A stretch of 64,000 bases of DNA from Candidatus Poribacteria bacterium (GCA_965208325.1 OZ242326.1:224001-288000); one strand, 5' to 3'. Counted from the first letter of the stretch, positions 37,924 to 48,386 are shown. Program-made: numbers and translations. The notes: a model not told the origin generated them from the letters alone.

Positions 37924-39525
37924 ATGTCAAAAGATTCAGAAAACAAAAAAATTCCCACCGCAGAAGAGCTTCAAAGAGAATTTGAGTCGTTTGTGAAAGA
38001 CAAATACGGCGGCACAGTCCGATTTGTCACACCAAAAGTAAACCCATCTAAGGTCACACCGGCGGATGCTGAAGCACCGCCGCCGAAAGAGTCGTTCGAC
38101 CTGAAATTTGATCTCAAACCAAAAGACATCAAGAATTACCTAGATCGTTACATCATCAGGCAAGATGAAGCCAAGAAAGCCTTGGCAATCGCAGTGTGCG
38201 ACCACTACAACCATGTGCGTGAATGTCATGAGAATCCCAAAATCGCCGACACCGACTATTCGAAACAGAATGTCATCATGCTCGGTCCTACAGGAGTGGG
38301 TAAAACCTATCTAATCCGCCATGTCGCCAAACTGATTGGCGTTCCGTTCGTGAAGGCGGACGCGACTCGATTCAGCGAGACCGGTTACGTCGGCGCAAAT
38401 GTCGATGATCTCATCCGAGATCTTCTGACGCAAGCGGAAGGCGACATTGAACTGGCGCAATATGGGATTGTCTATCTCGACGAAGCGGACAAATTAGCGA
38501 CGCCGCCAAACCTTATTGGACGCGACGTTAGCGGAAGAGGTGTGCAGATTGGGCTGCTCAAACTGATGGAGGAGACGGAGGTCGATCTCCGCGCCGGTCA
38601 CGATGTATCTTCTCAAATTCAAGCCGTCATGGAATTTCAAAACAAGGGTAAAGTTGAAAAGCAATTAATCAACACACGTCACATTCTATTTATCGTTAGC
38701 GGCGCATTTAACGGACTCGACGACATCATCAAAAAGCGGCTAAATGAAAGAAATATCGGATTTAGCGCAACGTTAACCGCGCAAGACGAAATGGACGATT
38801 GGCTGGAACACGTTACACCGCAAGATTTCATCGAGTTCGGTCTTGAGCCCGAATTCATTGGGCGATTACCGGTTCATGTCGTCTGTCAAGATTTATCCGC
38901 CGACGATCTCTACCAGATTTTGAAAGGATCGGAGGGATCGATTATCCGTCAGTATGAGGGGGCATTCCGGGCATATGGGATTGACGTACTGTTCTCTGAT
39001 GAGGGGCTCCGGAGCATTGCGGAAAAAGCGCACACCCACAAGACTGGAGCGCGCGCCTTGATGACGGTGTGCGAGAAAATTCTGCGCGACTACAAGTTTG
39101 AACTGCCGTCATCTAGCGTTCATGAATTTGTCGTGACCGAAAGAACGGTGGAAGCATCAAAAAGTGAGTTGATTAGGCTGATTGAGGATGACAATTACAA
39201 TCGTCAACATGTAATTCGGGAATGTGTTCGGCGTTACGAGGAAAATTTCCGTCAGAAATACCAAATGTCCATTCATTTCGATGATGAAGCGACAAATCTC
39301 ATCTGCCAAAGCGCCATTGACGAGGGAAGGACGCCGCAAGAGATTTGTGAAGATCTACTTAAGACCTATCAACACGGCCTAAATCTCGTGAAACAGAACA
39401 CTGGTCAATTCGAGTTTAACCTTACCAGAGAGGTTGTGGAGCATCCTGACGCAGCGCTTGAACGTTGGATTCGCAATTCCTATGCGGGAAAATCGAAGGA
39501 GGGTGAAGAAACCGCAGATGGCTAA
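37924..39525 (+). CDS. clpX: ClpX-like AAA+ unfoldase without zinc-binding domain, with C-terminal extension
   Basis: GPTGVGKT, ETGYVG, YLDEADK, RDVSGRGVQ, IGF loop, PEFIGRLP, TGARAL. Confidence 0.85.
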   Translation: MSKDSENKKIPTAEELQREFESFVKDKYGGTVRFVTPKVNPSKVTPADAEAPPPKESFDLKFDLKPKDIKNYLDRYIIRQDEAKKALAIAVCDHYNHVRECHENPKIADTDYSKQNVIMLGPTGVGKTYLIRHVAKLIGVPFVKADATRFSETGYVGANVDDLIRDLLTQAEGDIELAQYGIVYLDEADKLATPPNLIGRDVSGRGVQIGLLKLMEETEVDLRAGHDVSSQIQAVMEFQNKGKVEKQLINTRHILFIVSGAFNGLDDIIKKRLNERNIGFSATLTAQDEMDDWLEHVTPQDFIEFGLEPEFIGRLPVHVVCQDLSADDLYQILKGSEGSIIRQYEGAFRAYGIDVLFSDEGLRSIAEKAHTHKTGARALMTVCEKILRDYKFELPSSSVHEFVVTERTVEASKSELIRLIEDDNYNRQHVIRECVRRYEENFRQKYQMSIHFDDEATNLICQSAIDEGRTPQEICEDLLKTYQHGLNLVKQNTGQFEFNLTREVVEHPDAALERWIRNSYAGKSKEGEETADG

Positions 39526-39561
39526 TTCGGCATCGCACCGCGTAAATCTAATCCCTTGTGC

Positions 39562-42159
39562 TTACCGAAGGATTGCCAATCGCCCTAAAGCTTGAGTGTT
39601 TTCGCTGTCGGCAACCGCGTAGACTTTGTAAAGATAAACTCCATTGGCAAGCATTGTTCCGTGTTCATCTCGCCCGTCCCACATTGCCTCATTGTAACCT
39701 TCCCGTGCCGAAACTCCCTTTAAAACGCGAACGCGGCGGCCGGCTTTGGAATAGATTGAGATTGACGCTTCATCAGCATCTTTTGTCAATTCGTACATCA
39801 ACGTCGTTTCTTCATCGAACGGGTTAGGGTAATTGCGCAGCGTGTCGATTTTAAGTGCGGACTTTTGCGGAGAATCGTAAACAGCGTCCCGAATCAGTAT
39901 TTGCGGGTCAAAATTTGACAACCAGGTAATCTCTTCATTAATCTGCTTGAGCAGAATGGCTTCATTAATTTGCCGATTGTAGCCGAAGATTGTGACGAAA
40001 GTATGGAAGGACTTGACGGCGGAGGTCAACGATTTGGAATATTCTATGGCACTGTGCAGCTTTGTGCGAATTAGGTTTTCCTTGCCCTCCTCGTATCCTG
40101 CCTGAACCGCTTCCGTTAAACGGAGGCGGCTCTCAAAAAACTGCACCCAAAGGCGCATCAGGCCGACCGCGTCTTCCAGATGTCGCGCAGCCTCTTCGGA
40201 AACAGGTCTTGCAATTCTCAATGCGCTTTCAATTTCATTGGCGGCGCGCTGCTGTTGCGGAAGAAGAGATGAAAAACGGCCCGCGGCAGACCGGGCAGCC
40301 TTTAAATTAGGCATTGACAGCGTATCGGCTACCGCTTCCGGTCCGATTATGTCCCAAAACCGAGTGGCAAGCCCCGCGGACCCGCGACCGTAGTTCCCAG
40401 CAATGGAAAGCGAACCCGCGTAGTCGCTAAAATAGCTCTCCAAAACCCATGTGTTTATCCGCAGCGCGTTAAGAATGAGCTTAGCGGCGTCAGCACCATA
40501 CTGATTGACCAGGTAGTTTTCCATGAGCTGGAGGTGATTTGTCTCAACGTCCCAATTTATCCTCGCACTCACGAGTCGGTCCAAATGCCCCAAGTTGTTT
40601 TGAGTACCTTGGACTGTAAACCCCCCTAAACCAGTCACGGCAGGATTATTCGACAACTCACGGACACCATGAACGAATAGGTCGCCTTCAACCATCCAAA
40701 ACGGAACGACCTCTTCGACATCGTGTGAGAGAACAATTAGGCGGTGTCCCAATTCGCCCAGCGTATTAATTCGATCGATTGAAATCCGCGCATCCGCGGT
40801 CGGCTCGCCGTCCGCTCCCCATTTTTGTGAAAAGATTGTGCCTGTTGGCAACTGGCGCGCGTAGTCGCTGTCGGGATCTTTCAGCCAAAATCTATCGTAC
40901 CCTGAGATATAGAATTTTAAATCCGGGCGTACCTGCTGCGCAGCCTCAATGATTGTGAACATCACCTGCCACAGCAGATCTTGCCCTTTTTCCGATGTGT
41001 CGCCGCACTCCGGACAGTGGCAAGCGCGGGTTTCGACGCCCCAAGCCCGCAAGTGGAAACCCGCAAGCGTCGGATAGGTCTTCACAATCTCTTGAATCAA
41101 CTCCCGCGCGAAACTGTGAAATTCGGGCTTGGACCAACAAAACGGGCGATAATCAACGCGGTTCCGCGAGCCGCTGTAGGGCACTCGCGGTCCCAGAACA
41201 TCTGGACGCCGTTCAATCACCGCTTTTGTCGGCTCGCCCGTAACATACATAAAGAGGTACGAGTCGATTCCCCGCCGATGCAATGCCTGGAAGCGGTTTC
41301 GGAGTTTTTGGATGCGCTGCCGGCGTTGGTTGAGTGGCTCGTCCTGCAGCGATTCAAAGTCCGGTGAATTGATGTATTTGACGGCTGTACCTAGTCCATC
41401 ATCAATACCCGTTCCCGTCCATACGCCTTCGCCGCCGCTCATGTTGAGCCGATGCCGTGCAAACCAATTCACATTTTCAACCTCCAATCCCGCCCTGACC
41501 GGGTAAAATGGCTGTGACGTTTTTTCCAATAAAGGTAGGTCAAGATTTGGCGAGGGCTGAACTACGAAATCAAGATCTGCCGGCGAAAGGCCAGTCAGCC
41601 GCGTGATGCACGCTTCAATCAGATCGTAAGCGCCGTAGAGTACGCCGCGGGATGCGTTGCCTGCGATTGCAATAACCAATTCGTTGTCCAATTCGACTGT
41701 TTTTAGCACATATCCCTCGTCGCCGATATCGGGGTTGAGGTGGAGCAGTCCTTCAGCCATCATCAGGCGAATAGCGGGATTCGAGTCGGGGGTGCCCAGC
41801 GCAATCGCCGTTGGAGTTGTCGTCGTTTGACGATTGGTAAAGATGTCCAGTTCAGCTCCGGTGAATCGCCGAATAAATGTCTGAATCTCCTCGGCTGCAA
41901 ATTCCTCCTGCGCAGACGCGGTGGCGCCGATTTGAACTGTCGCCATTGGTCGTCCTGACCGAACGATTGGAACTTCTGCCGCATTTGCCCAGCCATGCAC
42001 GCATACAAGGGTTATGTATAACAGAAGATAAGCAATAACCGAATAAATTGTACGTTCCATGCACTTGCGTTGCCTAGAAAGCGCACCTCTTTCCAAATGC
42101 CGCACCGGATTCCTTATGCACTTTAGTGCATCAACCCAACTGCGATGAATTTGCGTCAT
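39562..42159 (-). CDS. Secreted putative glycoside-hydrolase-like protein with C-terminal FlgD-Ig / T9SS-type-A-like domain
   Basis: GH20/GH67-type N-domain (GDEGYVL...RGVLYGAYDL); C-terminal NYPNPF...IYSKAGRRVR...WDGRDEHG.MLANGVYLY. Confidence 0.75.
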   Translation of the reverse strand: MTQIHRSWVDALKCIRNPVRHLERGALSRQRKCMERTIYSVIAYLLLYITLVCVHGWANAAEVPIVRSGRPMATVQIGATASAQEEFAAEEIQTFIRRFTGAELDIFTNRQTTTTPTAIALGTPDSNPAIRLMMAEGLLHLNPDIGDEGYVLKTVELDNELVIAIAGNASRGVLYGAYDLIEACITRLTGLSPADLDFVVQPSPNLDLPLLEKTSQPFYPVRAGLEVENVNWFARHRLNMSGGEGVWTGTGIDDGLGTAVKYINSPDFESLQDEPLNQRRQRIQKLRNRFQALHRRGIDSYLFMYVTGEPTKAVIERRPDVLGPRVPYSGSRNRVDYRPFCWSKPEFHSFARELIQEIVKTYPTLAGFHLRAWGVETRACHCPECGDTSEKGQDLLWQVMFTIIEAAQQVRPDLKFYISGYDRFWLKDPDSDYARQLPTGTIFSQKWGADGEPTADARISIDRINTLGELGHRLIVLSHDVEEVVPFWMVEGDLFVHGVRELSNNPAVTGLGGFTVQGTQNNLGHLDRLVSARINWDVETNHLQLMENYLVNQYGADAAKLILNALRINTWVLESYFSDYAGSLSIAGNYGRGSAGLATRFWDIIGPEAVADTLSMPNLKAARSAAGRFSSLLPQQQRAANEIESALRIARPVSEEAARHLEDAVGLMRLWVQFFESRLRLTEAVQAGYEEGKENLIRTKLHSAIEYSKSLTSAVKSFHTFVTIFGYNRQINEAILLKQINEEITWLSNFDPQILIRDAVYDSPQKSALKIDTLRNYPNPFDEETTLMYELTKDADEASISIYSKAGRRVRVLKGVSAREGYNEAMWDGRDEHGTMLANGVYLYKVYAVADSENTQALGRLAILR

Positions 42160-43571
42160 AGTGCTGTCTCCCTTTTGGCAATGTTAACTACGGTGGGAAG
42201 CAGGCCGTAGATTATCCAGAAGGGTACCCCAATTCTATCTCCGTTCAACAGGTTGTTGACGGTAAAATGTACAAGCAGTGATAATTCCGCTGTCATCAGG
42301 CCAATGATAACGAATCGATAAAATCCATCGTCAATACCCGATAGTGCACGCAGTCCAAAGCTGAAGAAAGCGAAAATCACCCACATCCAAACCGCAAATC
42401 CCACAATACCCAACTCCGCTAGAACTTGTAGATATTCGCTGTGCGCCCCTAACCGGTATTGCGCCACAAACTCTCCGATGAGAGACACGTTGGGTTCATA
42501 GATCATGGCAAATGCTCCGTATCCATTCCCAATGATGGGACTCTGCAGAAACATGATGATCGCTTGACCCCAACGCAGCAGACGCGACTGATTGGAGGCA
42601 AACTCTAAACTGAATGCGGTTGAGATTCGATTAAACACCACATTGGAAACTCCGGGCACGGAAAAAATAAAAAGTAAAATCCCGCCAACCAATACCACAA
42701 AAAGAATTCTTTTGTGTTGCTCACCGGTCAACATCAGCAGAAAAGTGACTGCGGCAATCGCGGACAGCCATACACCTCGAGAGAAACACATCATGAGTCC
42801 CACACCGAAGACTATAAACATGACGGTCCACAGCACTCGATCGTAGTGGGTGCGATCGAGTAGCAATCGGCTAAGCACGATTAAAAAGAAGATTGCCGTG
42901 AACGATCCGTAAACAGAGTAGTTCGTAAACGGGGATCCTCGATATGCAGAAGTCCACTGCCACTCATCGATATTGTAGATTAAAACCACTGCTGTCCAGA
43001 TAACTGCAATCAATGCGGATGGGAAGGCGGCAACGAAAAGCCTTCGCAAATCGCGGCGGTTCTTAATCAACTCATAAGCTAAGAAACACGACATTATGTA
43101 AACAGCCGCTCGAAATGCACCCTTCGCTGAGACAAAGAGTTGGGGTGCGTTGAATATCGGCAGAAAGTGTACGAAAATATAAATGCACACCGGAACGCGG
43201 AATGGAAATCGTCCATCCGTCGTATCGTCCCTTTCGCGCACTTTCGCACGCATCACTCGGTCAACAACCTTTCGAATGAAAAAGGCAAACACAAGCATTC
43301 CCAATAGCGGTTCGGTGGGCGTCTGGACTTCGGCTTCAGCTGGCAGGATGTATCTGCGTGAGAAAGGCAAACAGAGGAGCAGGGCGTAAAGCGAGAAATC
43401 CATCGACAAAAACACCAAAAACCCTACGATTGCTAGACCGAGCAAGATGACAATCGGCGACTCGGCGAAAATTGCGAATGCTGCACCCAGCAGAATACAC
43501 GCGATTCCATAGGCGGCTAGGTAAACATGATGATTCAGATATTTTGAATAATGGGTTAGGTCTGTTTGCAT
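42156..43571 (-). CDS. O-antigen ligase/Wzy-family membrane protein
   Basis: FSRGVWL, SRLLRW, PIIGNGYGAF, AHSEYLQVLAELGIVG. Confidence 0.9.
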   Translation of the reverse strand: MQTDLTHYSKYLNHHVYLAAYGIACILLGAAFAIFAESPIVILLGLAIVGFLVFLSMDFSLYALLLCLPFSRRYILPAEAEVQTPTEPLLGMLVFAFFIRKVVDRVMRAKVRERDDTTDGRFPFRVPVCIYIFVHFLPIFNAPQLFVSAKGAFRAAVYIMSCFLAYELIKNRRDLRRLFVAAFPSALIAVIWTAVVLIYNIDEWQWTSAYRGSPFTNYSVYGSFTAIFFLIVLSRLLLDRTHYDRVLWTVMFIVFGVGLMMCFSRGVWLSAIAAVTFLLMLTGEQHKRILFVVLVGGILLFIFSVPGVSNVVFNRISTAFSLEFASNQSRLLRWGQAIIMFLQSPIIGNGYGAFAMIYEPNVSLIGEFVAQYRLGAHSEYLQVLAELGIVGFAVWMWVIFAFFSFGLRALSGIDDGFYRFVIIGLMTAELSLLVHFTVNNLLNGDRIGVPFWIIYGLLPTVVNIAKRETAL

Positions 43572-43765
43572 AAAAAATATGCTGAAGGATGGCAACCCAC
43601 AACATCGGCAAAGCACACGCCTATGGTCTAGCGAGTCAGCCTGCCGAATCTGTGAGATAATCCTGAAGTGATTGGTGGGAACTGGCGTGAAGCCGAGAAT
43701 GTGAATTGCTAACCGCTTGAGGCGAGATTTTGACCATTAGGTGTTCCGCACAGGACTAGCTATCT

Positions 43766-44494
43766 CTATTCAATCTTTAGCGCTCCCCATGCCGTCGCCA
43801 GATTGTCTTTGGGTTGCACCGCAATTTCAATCTCTTCGGTTGCAACATCGTAGCTGACGAGTTCAAACGTGACATCTCTTCTATCAATCGTTTTCACGAT
43901 ACCCACATTGGGAGCCAACCACATCGTCATATCCACTTCGACGTTTCCAATTAATACAACGTTCGTGACTGTCTGCTCGATTTTAAGCGAATTTGGGAAG
44001 CTTCCCGCCGGAACGGTGACATCGTCAATAGCAACGACTTCCGACTCTATGATGCTTTGAATTGTGCCGAGAAGCGGAACCGAGGCTTCACCCTCAATAG
44101 TCCACTTCGTGCCGAGATCCAATGGATTGGGTAAATAATCCTGCGGTGGCGTAATGTCATAAACCACCTCACCTATCAGAGGAACCTCCGCTACCAACCG
44201 GTACAATTTAATCCCATCCGTTTCCGTTTTAATATACAGTTTACTCAAATCTTCCGGTGACTGATCCATTATTATTCTGAGTTCCTCGCCGTTGACGATT
44301 TCGGGACCTTCAATCGTCACGATTTTCTCTTCAACACCGTCGGTGCTGCGTAAACGCCATGTATTTCCAAATTCATCCGGATAATAGTTTTGGGCATAGC
44401 ATTGTGGCGGGAAGTCAAATACACCCGAAATACAGATGGCGCAGACGACTGCGTAAACTAGCCGAAGCAACATTTTATCTATCTTGATATTCAT
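43766..44494 (-). CDS. Secreted beta-rich protein with C-terminal WG-K tail
   Basis: Signal peptide, VTVPAGSF, WLAPNVGIVK; ends AVQPKDNLATAWGALKIE. Confidence 0.8.
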   Translation of the reverse strand: MNIKIDKMLLRLVYAVVCAICISGVFDFPPQCYAQNYYPDEFGNTWRLRSTDGVEEKIVTIEGPEIVNGEELRIIMDQSPEDLSKLYIKTETDGIKLYRLVAEVPLIGEVVYDITPPQDYLPNPLDLGTKWTIEGEASVPLLGTIQSIIESEVVAIDDVTVPAGSFPNSLKIEQTVTNVVLIGNVEVDMTMWLAPNVGIVKTIDRRDVTFELVSYDVATEEIEIAVQPKDNLATAWGALKIE

Positions 44495-44524
44495 AAAATC
44501 ACTCCTATTCGTTAAAAATTGGAC

Positions 44525-45547
44525 TTACAAATGAACCTCGACATGGTGTAACTGCCAGAAGATGATTCTCCAATACGAAGACTCCTTGCTAAAATCCATG
44601 CGGCAATCAGCAGAGAGACGGCCCATGTCAAGTTGAGGTTCTTTCTGTGAAATAACATCAAGCATAAGCCGCGTGGATACCTCCCGGGCGTGAGCTGCAT
44701 TTACATGAATATCGTGGAATTGAAATTCAAGCACGCTATATTTTTGAAACAGTTCGGTTACGAGAGGAATAACATGTTCATAATCTGCAGGAATGCTTCC
44801 AGACTCCACACCGAAGCGCGTGATAGGATCGTCCGCGGCTCGGTAGGATTCCGAGAATTGGTTCTGGATGATTTCAAGATTGTTAACATCCGTTGATGCA
44901 ATCATCGCTGAAAACCCGTTGAGAAATTCGCCAATCTCCGCTTCGGTGTTGGTCAACGGTCTCAGCGGAATCTTTAGCACCGTGCGTTCAACGTCTAGGG
45001 TGAAAGTGTGCGTACTCCCTTGGTAATCTGCATCGCTGGCAGTCAACATTAAGCCTTCCGAGTACGGAATGTGAATAAAATTGTACCGCCCATTGCTATC
45101 CGTTGTTACCAACTGATCCAATAAACCGACAGTTACACCTGGGACGGGGTTTCCTGTTCTTGTATCAGTAACTATGCCGGAAACTGCGCCGAATAACCGC
45201 TCTAAAGAAACATCCAGCGTGAGATTTTCGGCATTGAAGGAGAAGCCCCGCACTTCTGTGTCGTAGTGCTTTGCTTCGACCGTGAGATTTAAGGAGTCTG
45301 AATGCTGAATGTGCGTGAACACATACCTTCCGTCACTGTCGGCTTCCACACGCTGGTCCAACAGGGACACCCTCGCCCCGGGGATAGAATCGCCCGTTGC
45401 CGCATCGCTGATGATACCCGACACATTGCCAAATCCCGTGGTTTCTGGCGGCTGAATTTCAGGAACCGGTGAGTTTTCGCTGCACCCAACGTAAGCAACC
45501 GTCAAGCTGAGTATGGTGAGAAGCCGGTAAGTGTTCTTAATTTTCAT
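44525..45547 (-). CDS. Lipoprotein with two carboxypeptidase-regulatory-like (Cna-B type) domains
   Basis: Lipobox AYVGC; repeated VSG.I.D..TG..IPG..V.L...DS.GRY.F; GAGGTG RBS. Confidence 0.82.
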   Translation of the reverse strand: MKIKNTYRLLTILSLTVAYVGCSENSPVPEIQPPETTGFGNVSGIISDAATGDSIPGARVSLLDQRVEADSDGRYVFTHIQHSDSLNLTVEAKHYDTEVRGFSFNAENLTLDVSLERLFGAVSGIVTDTRTGNPVPGVTVGLLDQLVTTDSNGRYNFIHIPYSEGLMLTASDADYQGSTHTFTLDVERTVLKIPLRPLTNTEAEIGEFLNGFSAMIASTDVNNLEIIQNQFSESYRAADDPITRFGVESGSIPADYEHVIPLVTELFQKYSVLEFQFHDIHVNAAHAREVSTRLMLDVISQKEPQLDMGRLSADCRMDFSKESSYWRIIFWQLHHVEVHL

Positions 45548-45612
45548 GCTCACCTCTACATCAGCGGCGGGAAACCGAATCACTGTCGTCCGGTGAGATT
45601 CCATGGTGAATG

Positions 45613-46755
45613 CTATCCTGCAGCGATGCCAACCGACGCAACTTGTGACCCGCGAATGGCTTCGCAGAGGTAGCTTATGCCTTCCGGAATGTCATCAACA
45701 TGGCAATAGGCGTAAGCGAGGCGGATACACTTGATGGGAAGGCTTTGATAGTGGAACGCACTGCCGTGCGAGAAACCGACCTTTTTCTCCGCTGCAAGCA
45801 TGTCTAGAATGTCCATTTCCGTTGTTTCTGGTAGATGTATCCAGAGAAACAGCCCGCCTCGGGGTTTCGTCCAAGTACAGATGTCGCTGACATGGCTCGC
45901 AAGTGTTTCGATGACGGCGCGGCACTTTGCTCTTACGGCGGCATTGGTAACAGCGAGATGCTCGTCAAGGTGTTTCTTGAAAAAGCTCGCCACAATTGCG
46001 CTCGCCAACGCGCTTGTGCCCGCATCCCAACGGTTCTCATGAATCATACGGTGATACGGCGGCCTGGCAACGAAATATCCCTGGCGTACGCCCGCGCCGA
46101 GTATTTTTGAAAACGTCCCAACAAAAATGACGCGGTTCGCACGGTCTAGTTTGAATAGCGAATCTGGTGTTGGGTTCGGCACAAAATCAATGTCGCCGTA
46201 ACAATCATCCTCAACAATCAGGAGGTCATACTCATTCGCCAACGCTAGTAGGTGTTTACGGCGATCCAGCGAAAGAATTGCGCTCGTAGGGTTTTGATGA
46301 TTTGGCGTGGTATAGATTATCTTGGGATGGATGTGCTGCGTTCTTAAATCTTTAAGGATTCCCTCAAGTGCATCAATGTCCATACCGTCACTGTAGTCCA
46401 TCGGCACACCGACTAGATTAGCATTTAGGTGCCGCAAAAGACCAAGCGTTCCACTGTAGGTTAGCTCTTCCGTAAGAACAGTGTCTCCCGGATTCAAGAA
46501 GGTCCCCAACACAAGATCCAGTGCCTGCATGGAACCGGACGTAATCGAGATGTAATCAATAGGCAGCGGTATGTCCTCTCGCCTTTCAAAGCGCATTGAA
46601 GCTAACTCGCGCATGCCGAGAAACCCATTGTCGCCAGGATAGTTGACGAGACTGCCGCCTAACTCGCGCAGCGCTTCAGCACTCGCTTCAATCAAACCAT
46701 CCGTTGGAAATGTGTACGGGTCGGGGCGGCCGCCAGTGAACGCAAAGTTTTTCAT
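45613..46755 (-). CDS. PLP-dependent class I/II aminotransferase (MocR-like, no HTH)
   Basis: TSGSMQALD, YTTPNHQNPT, VEDDCY, GTFSKILGAGVRQG, GGLFLW. Confidence 0.92.
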   Translation of the reverse strand: MKNFAFTGGRPDPYTFPTDGLIEASAEALRELGGSLVNYPGDNGFLGMRELASMRFERREDIPLPIDYISITSGSMQALDLVLGTFLNPGDTVLTEELTYSGTLGLLRHLNANLVGVPMDYSDGMDIDALEGILKDLRTQHIHPKIIYTTPNHQNPTSAILSLDRRKHLLALANEYDLLIVEDDCYGDIDFVPNPTPDSLFKLDRANRVIFVGTFSKILGAGVRQGYFVARPPYHRMIHENRWDAGTSALASAIVASFFKKHLDEHLAVTNAAVRAKCRAVIETLASHVSDICTWTKPRGGLFLWIHLPETTEMDILDMLAAEKKVGFSHGSAFHYQSLPIKCIRLAYAYCHVDDIPEGISYLCEAIRGSQVASVGIAAG

Positions 46756-47039
46756 ACCAGTTCCCTCCGTTCAAAAGTTCGCCGTTTACTTGGAGTTCAG
46801 CGTTGAATGTAGGCAACATCGCAATTATATCACATTACACACCAAAATCCTATGCCAAATGATTTAACAGTTCACAGACAACCTTTCGATACAAAATATA
46901 AAATCACGGATTTCCGTGACGCGACAAATTTCAGGCGATCTTTATGGATTGCTTTAAGTGAAATTTTCATGTTATAATTACCGTGAACGTTCTTCCACCG
47001 CATTAGATAATCTTGCCCCGATAAAGAAGGAGCTCTTGA

Positions 47040-47498
47040 ATGGCATACTATATTACAGACGAATGTATTGGGTGCATGGCGTGTCTGACGAATTGTCCCG
47101 TTGATGCAATTACCGGCGAACGTAATAAACTGCATGACATAGATGCGGATATCTGTATTGATTGCAGTGCTTGCGGAATGGTTTGCCCTGTTGAAGCAAT
47201 TCGAGATCAATACGGGAATGTTTGCAAGTTCATTAGGCGCCCAACCAACCGACCGATCGCTGTAATTTATGAAGAACTCTGCTCAGGTTGTGATTTCTGC
47301 GTGCACATTTGTCCGTGGGAATGCCTTGAACTCCTAGATCCGGCAACAGGGGAACATGCTGAAAGTTTCTTTGGCATTTGCGAGCTTGTCAAACCCAAGG
47401 ATTGCACCGGCTGTAAGCTGTGTGAAGAAGTGTGCATTAAGGATGCAATCCGCGTTGAGTCGCCGGTTTTGACTCAGTTGGAGGAAGCGGCGGATTGA
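47040..47498 (+). CDS. Polyferredoxin with four 4Fe-4S motifs
   Basis: CIGCMAC...CP, CIDCSAC...CP, CSGCDFC...CP, CTGCKLC...C. Confidence 0.92.
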   Translation: MAYYITDECIGCMACLTNCPVDAITGERNKLHDIDADICIDCSACGMVCPVEAIRDQYGNVCKFIRRPTNRPIAVIYEELCSGCDFCVHICPWECLELLDPATGEHAESFFGICELVKPKDCTGCKLCEEVCIKDAIRVESPVLTQLEEAAD

Positions 47499-47501
47499 TC
47501 G

Positions 47502-48386
47502 ATGATAAAAAGCATGACGGGTTACAGCCGATTTTCATCTGAAACCCGGTTCGGTGCATTGACAATTGAACTGAAAGCTTGGAACCATCGATATTGCAAC
47601 GTTACTGTTCGCTCACCCAACTCCCTCTCCCAATTTGAACATCGCATACAAAATCTGATAAAGCACCAAGTCTCCAGAGGACAAATCCAAGTTTCAATCG
47701 AGTTAGTTAAGACTAGCTCATCTTCGGCTGGCAGTCTCATTCTTGATTTGGCGTTAGCGAAGCAGTATTACCAGAAACTTGTGCGGCTGCAAAACGAATT
47801 GGAATTGAGTAGCGATATTTCAGTGAGTCTTTTGGCGGGTCTCCCCGGTGTCTTTGTCCTTCAGGAACCGGCCGTAGCCGAAGAAGAGACATGGGCTGAA
47901 CTAAAATCCATACTAGAAACCGCTTTGGATCAACTAAATGTAGCGAGGCAAACCGAAGGCAATGCGATGTGCGAAGCCTTAAGCCAACATCTCGGTTCGG
48001 TGCGTTCATTAGCAAAGGAAGTCCAATCCTGCAGTGAGGGTATAATGCAGGAGGTTCAGGAAAAACTGGAAACTCGCTTGAATGAACTGCTGTCGAACCG
48101 CATTGAGATTGATCCGGATCGGATAGTGATGGAAGCCGGTCTAGTTGCTTCCCGATCAGACATCTCCGAAGAACTGGTCAGACTTGATAGCCATTGCAAG
48201 CAGTTTGAACAAACTCTACAGGTGAGCGAACCAGTCGGTCGGCGTTTAGATTTTTTGAGCCAAGAGATGAATCGTGAGGTGAATACCATCGCCTCTAAAA
48301 CCGCATCGCGGGCTGCGTCATCCCTCTGTGTCTCGCTCAAAGCCGAGATTGAAAAAATTCGGGAGTTGGTTCAGAATGTGGAGTGA
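47502..48386 (+). CDS. yicC: YicC/YloC family endoribonuclease
   Basis: MIKSMTGY, NHRY, DISEELVRLDSH, GRRLDFLSQEMNREVNTIASK, RELVQNVE. Confidence 0.96.
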   Translation: MIKSMTGYSRFSSETRFGALTIELKAWNHRYCNVTVRSPNSLSQFEHRIQNLIKHQVSRGQIQVSIELVKTSSSSAGSLILDLALAKQYYQKLVRLQNELELSSDISVSLLAGLPGVFVLQEPAVAEEETWAELKSILETALDQLNVARQTEGNAMCEALSQHLGSVRSLAKEVQSCSEGIMQEVQEKLETRLNELLSNRIEIDPDRIVMEAGLVASRSDISEELVRLDSHCKQFEQTLQVSEPVGRRLDFLSQEMNREVNTIASKTASRAASSLCVSLKAEIEKIRELVQNVE

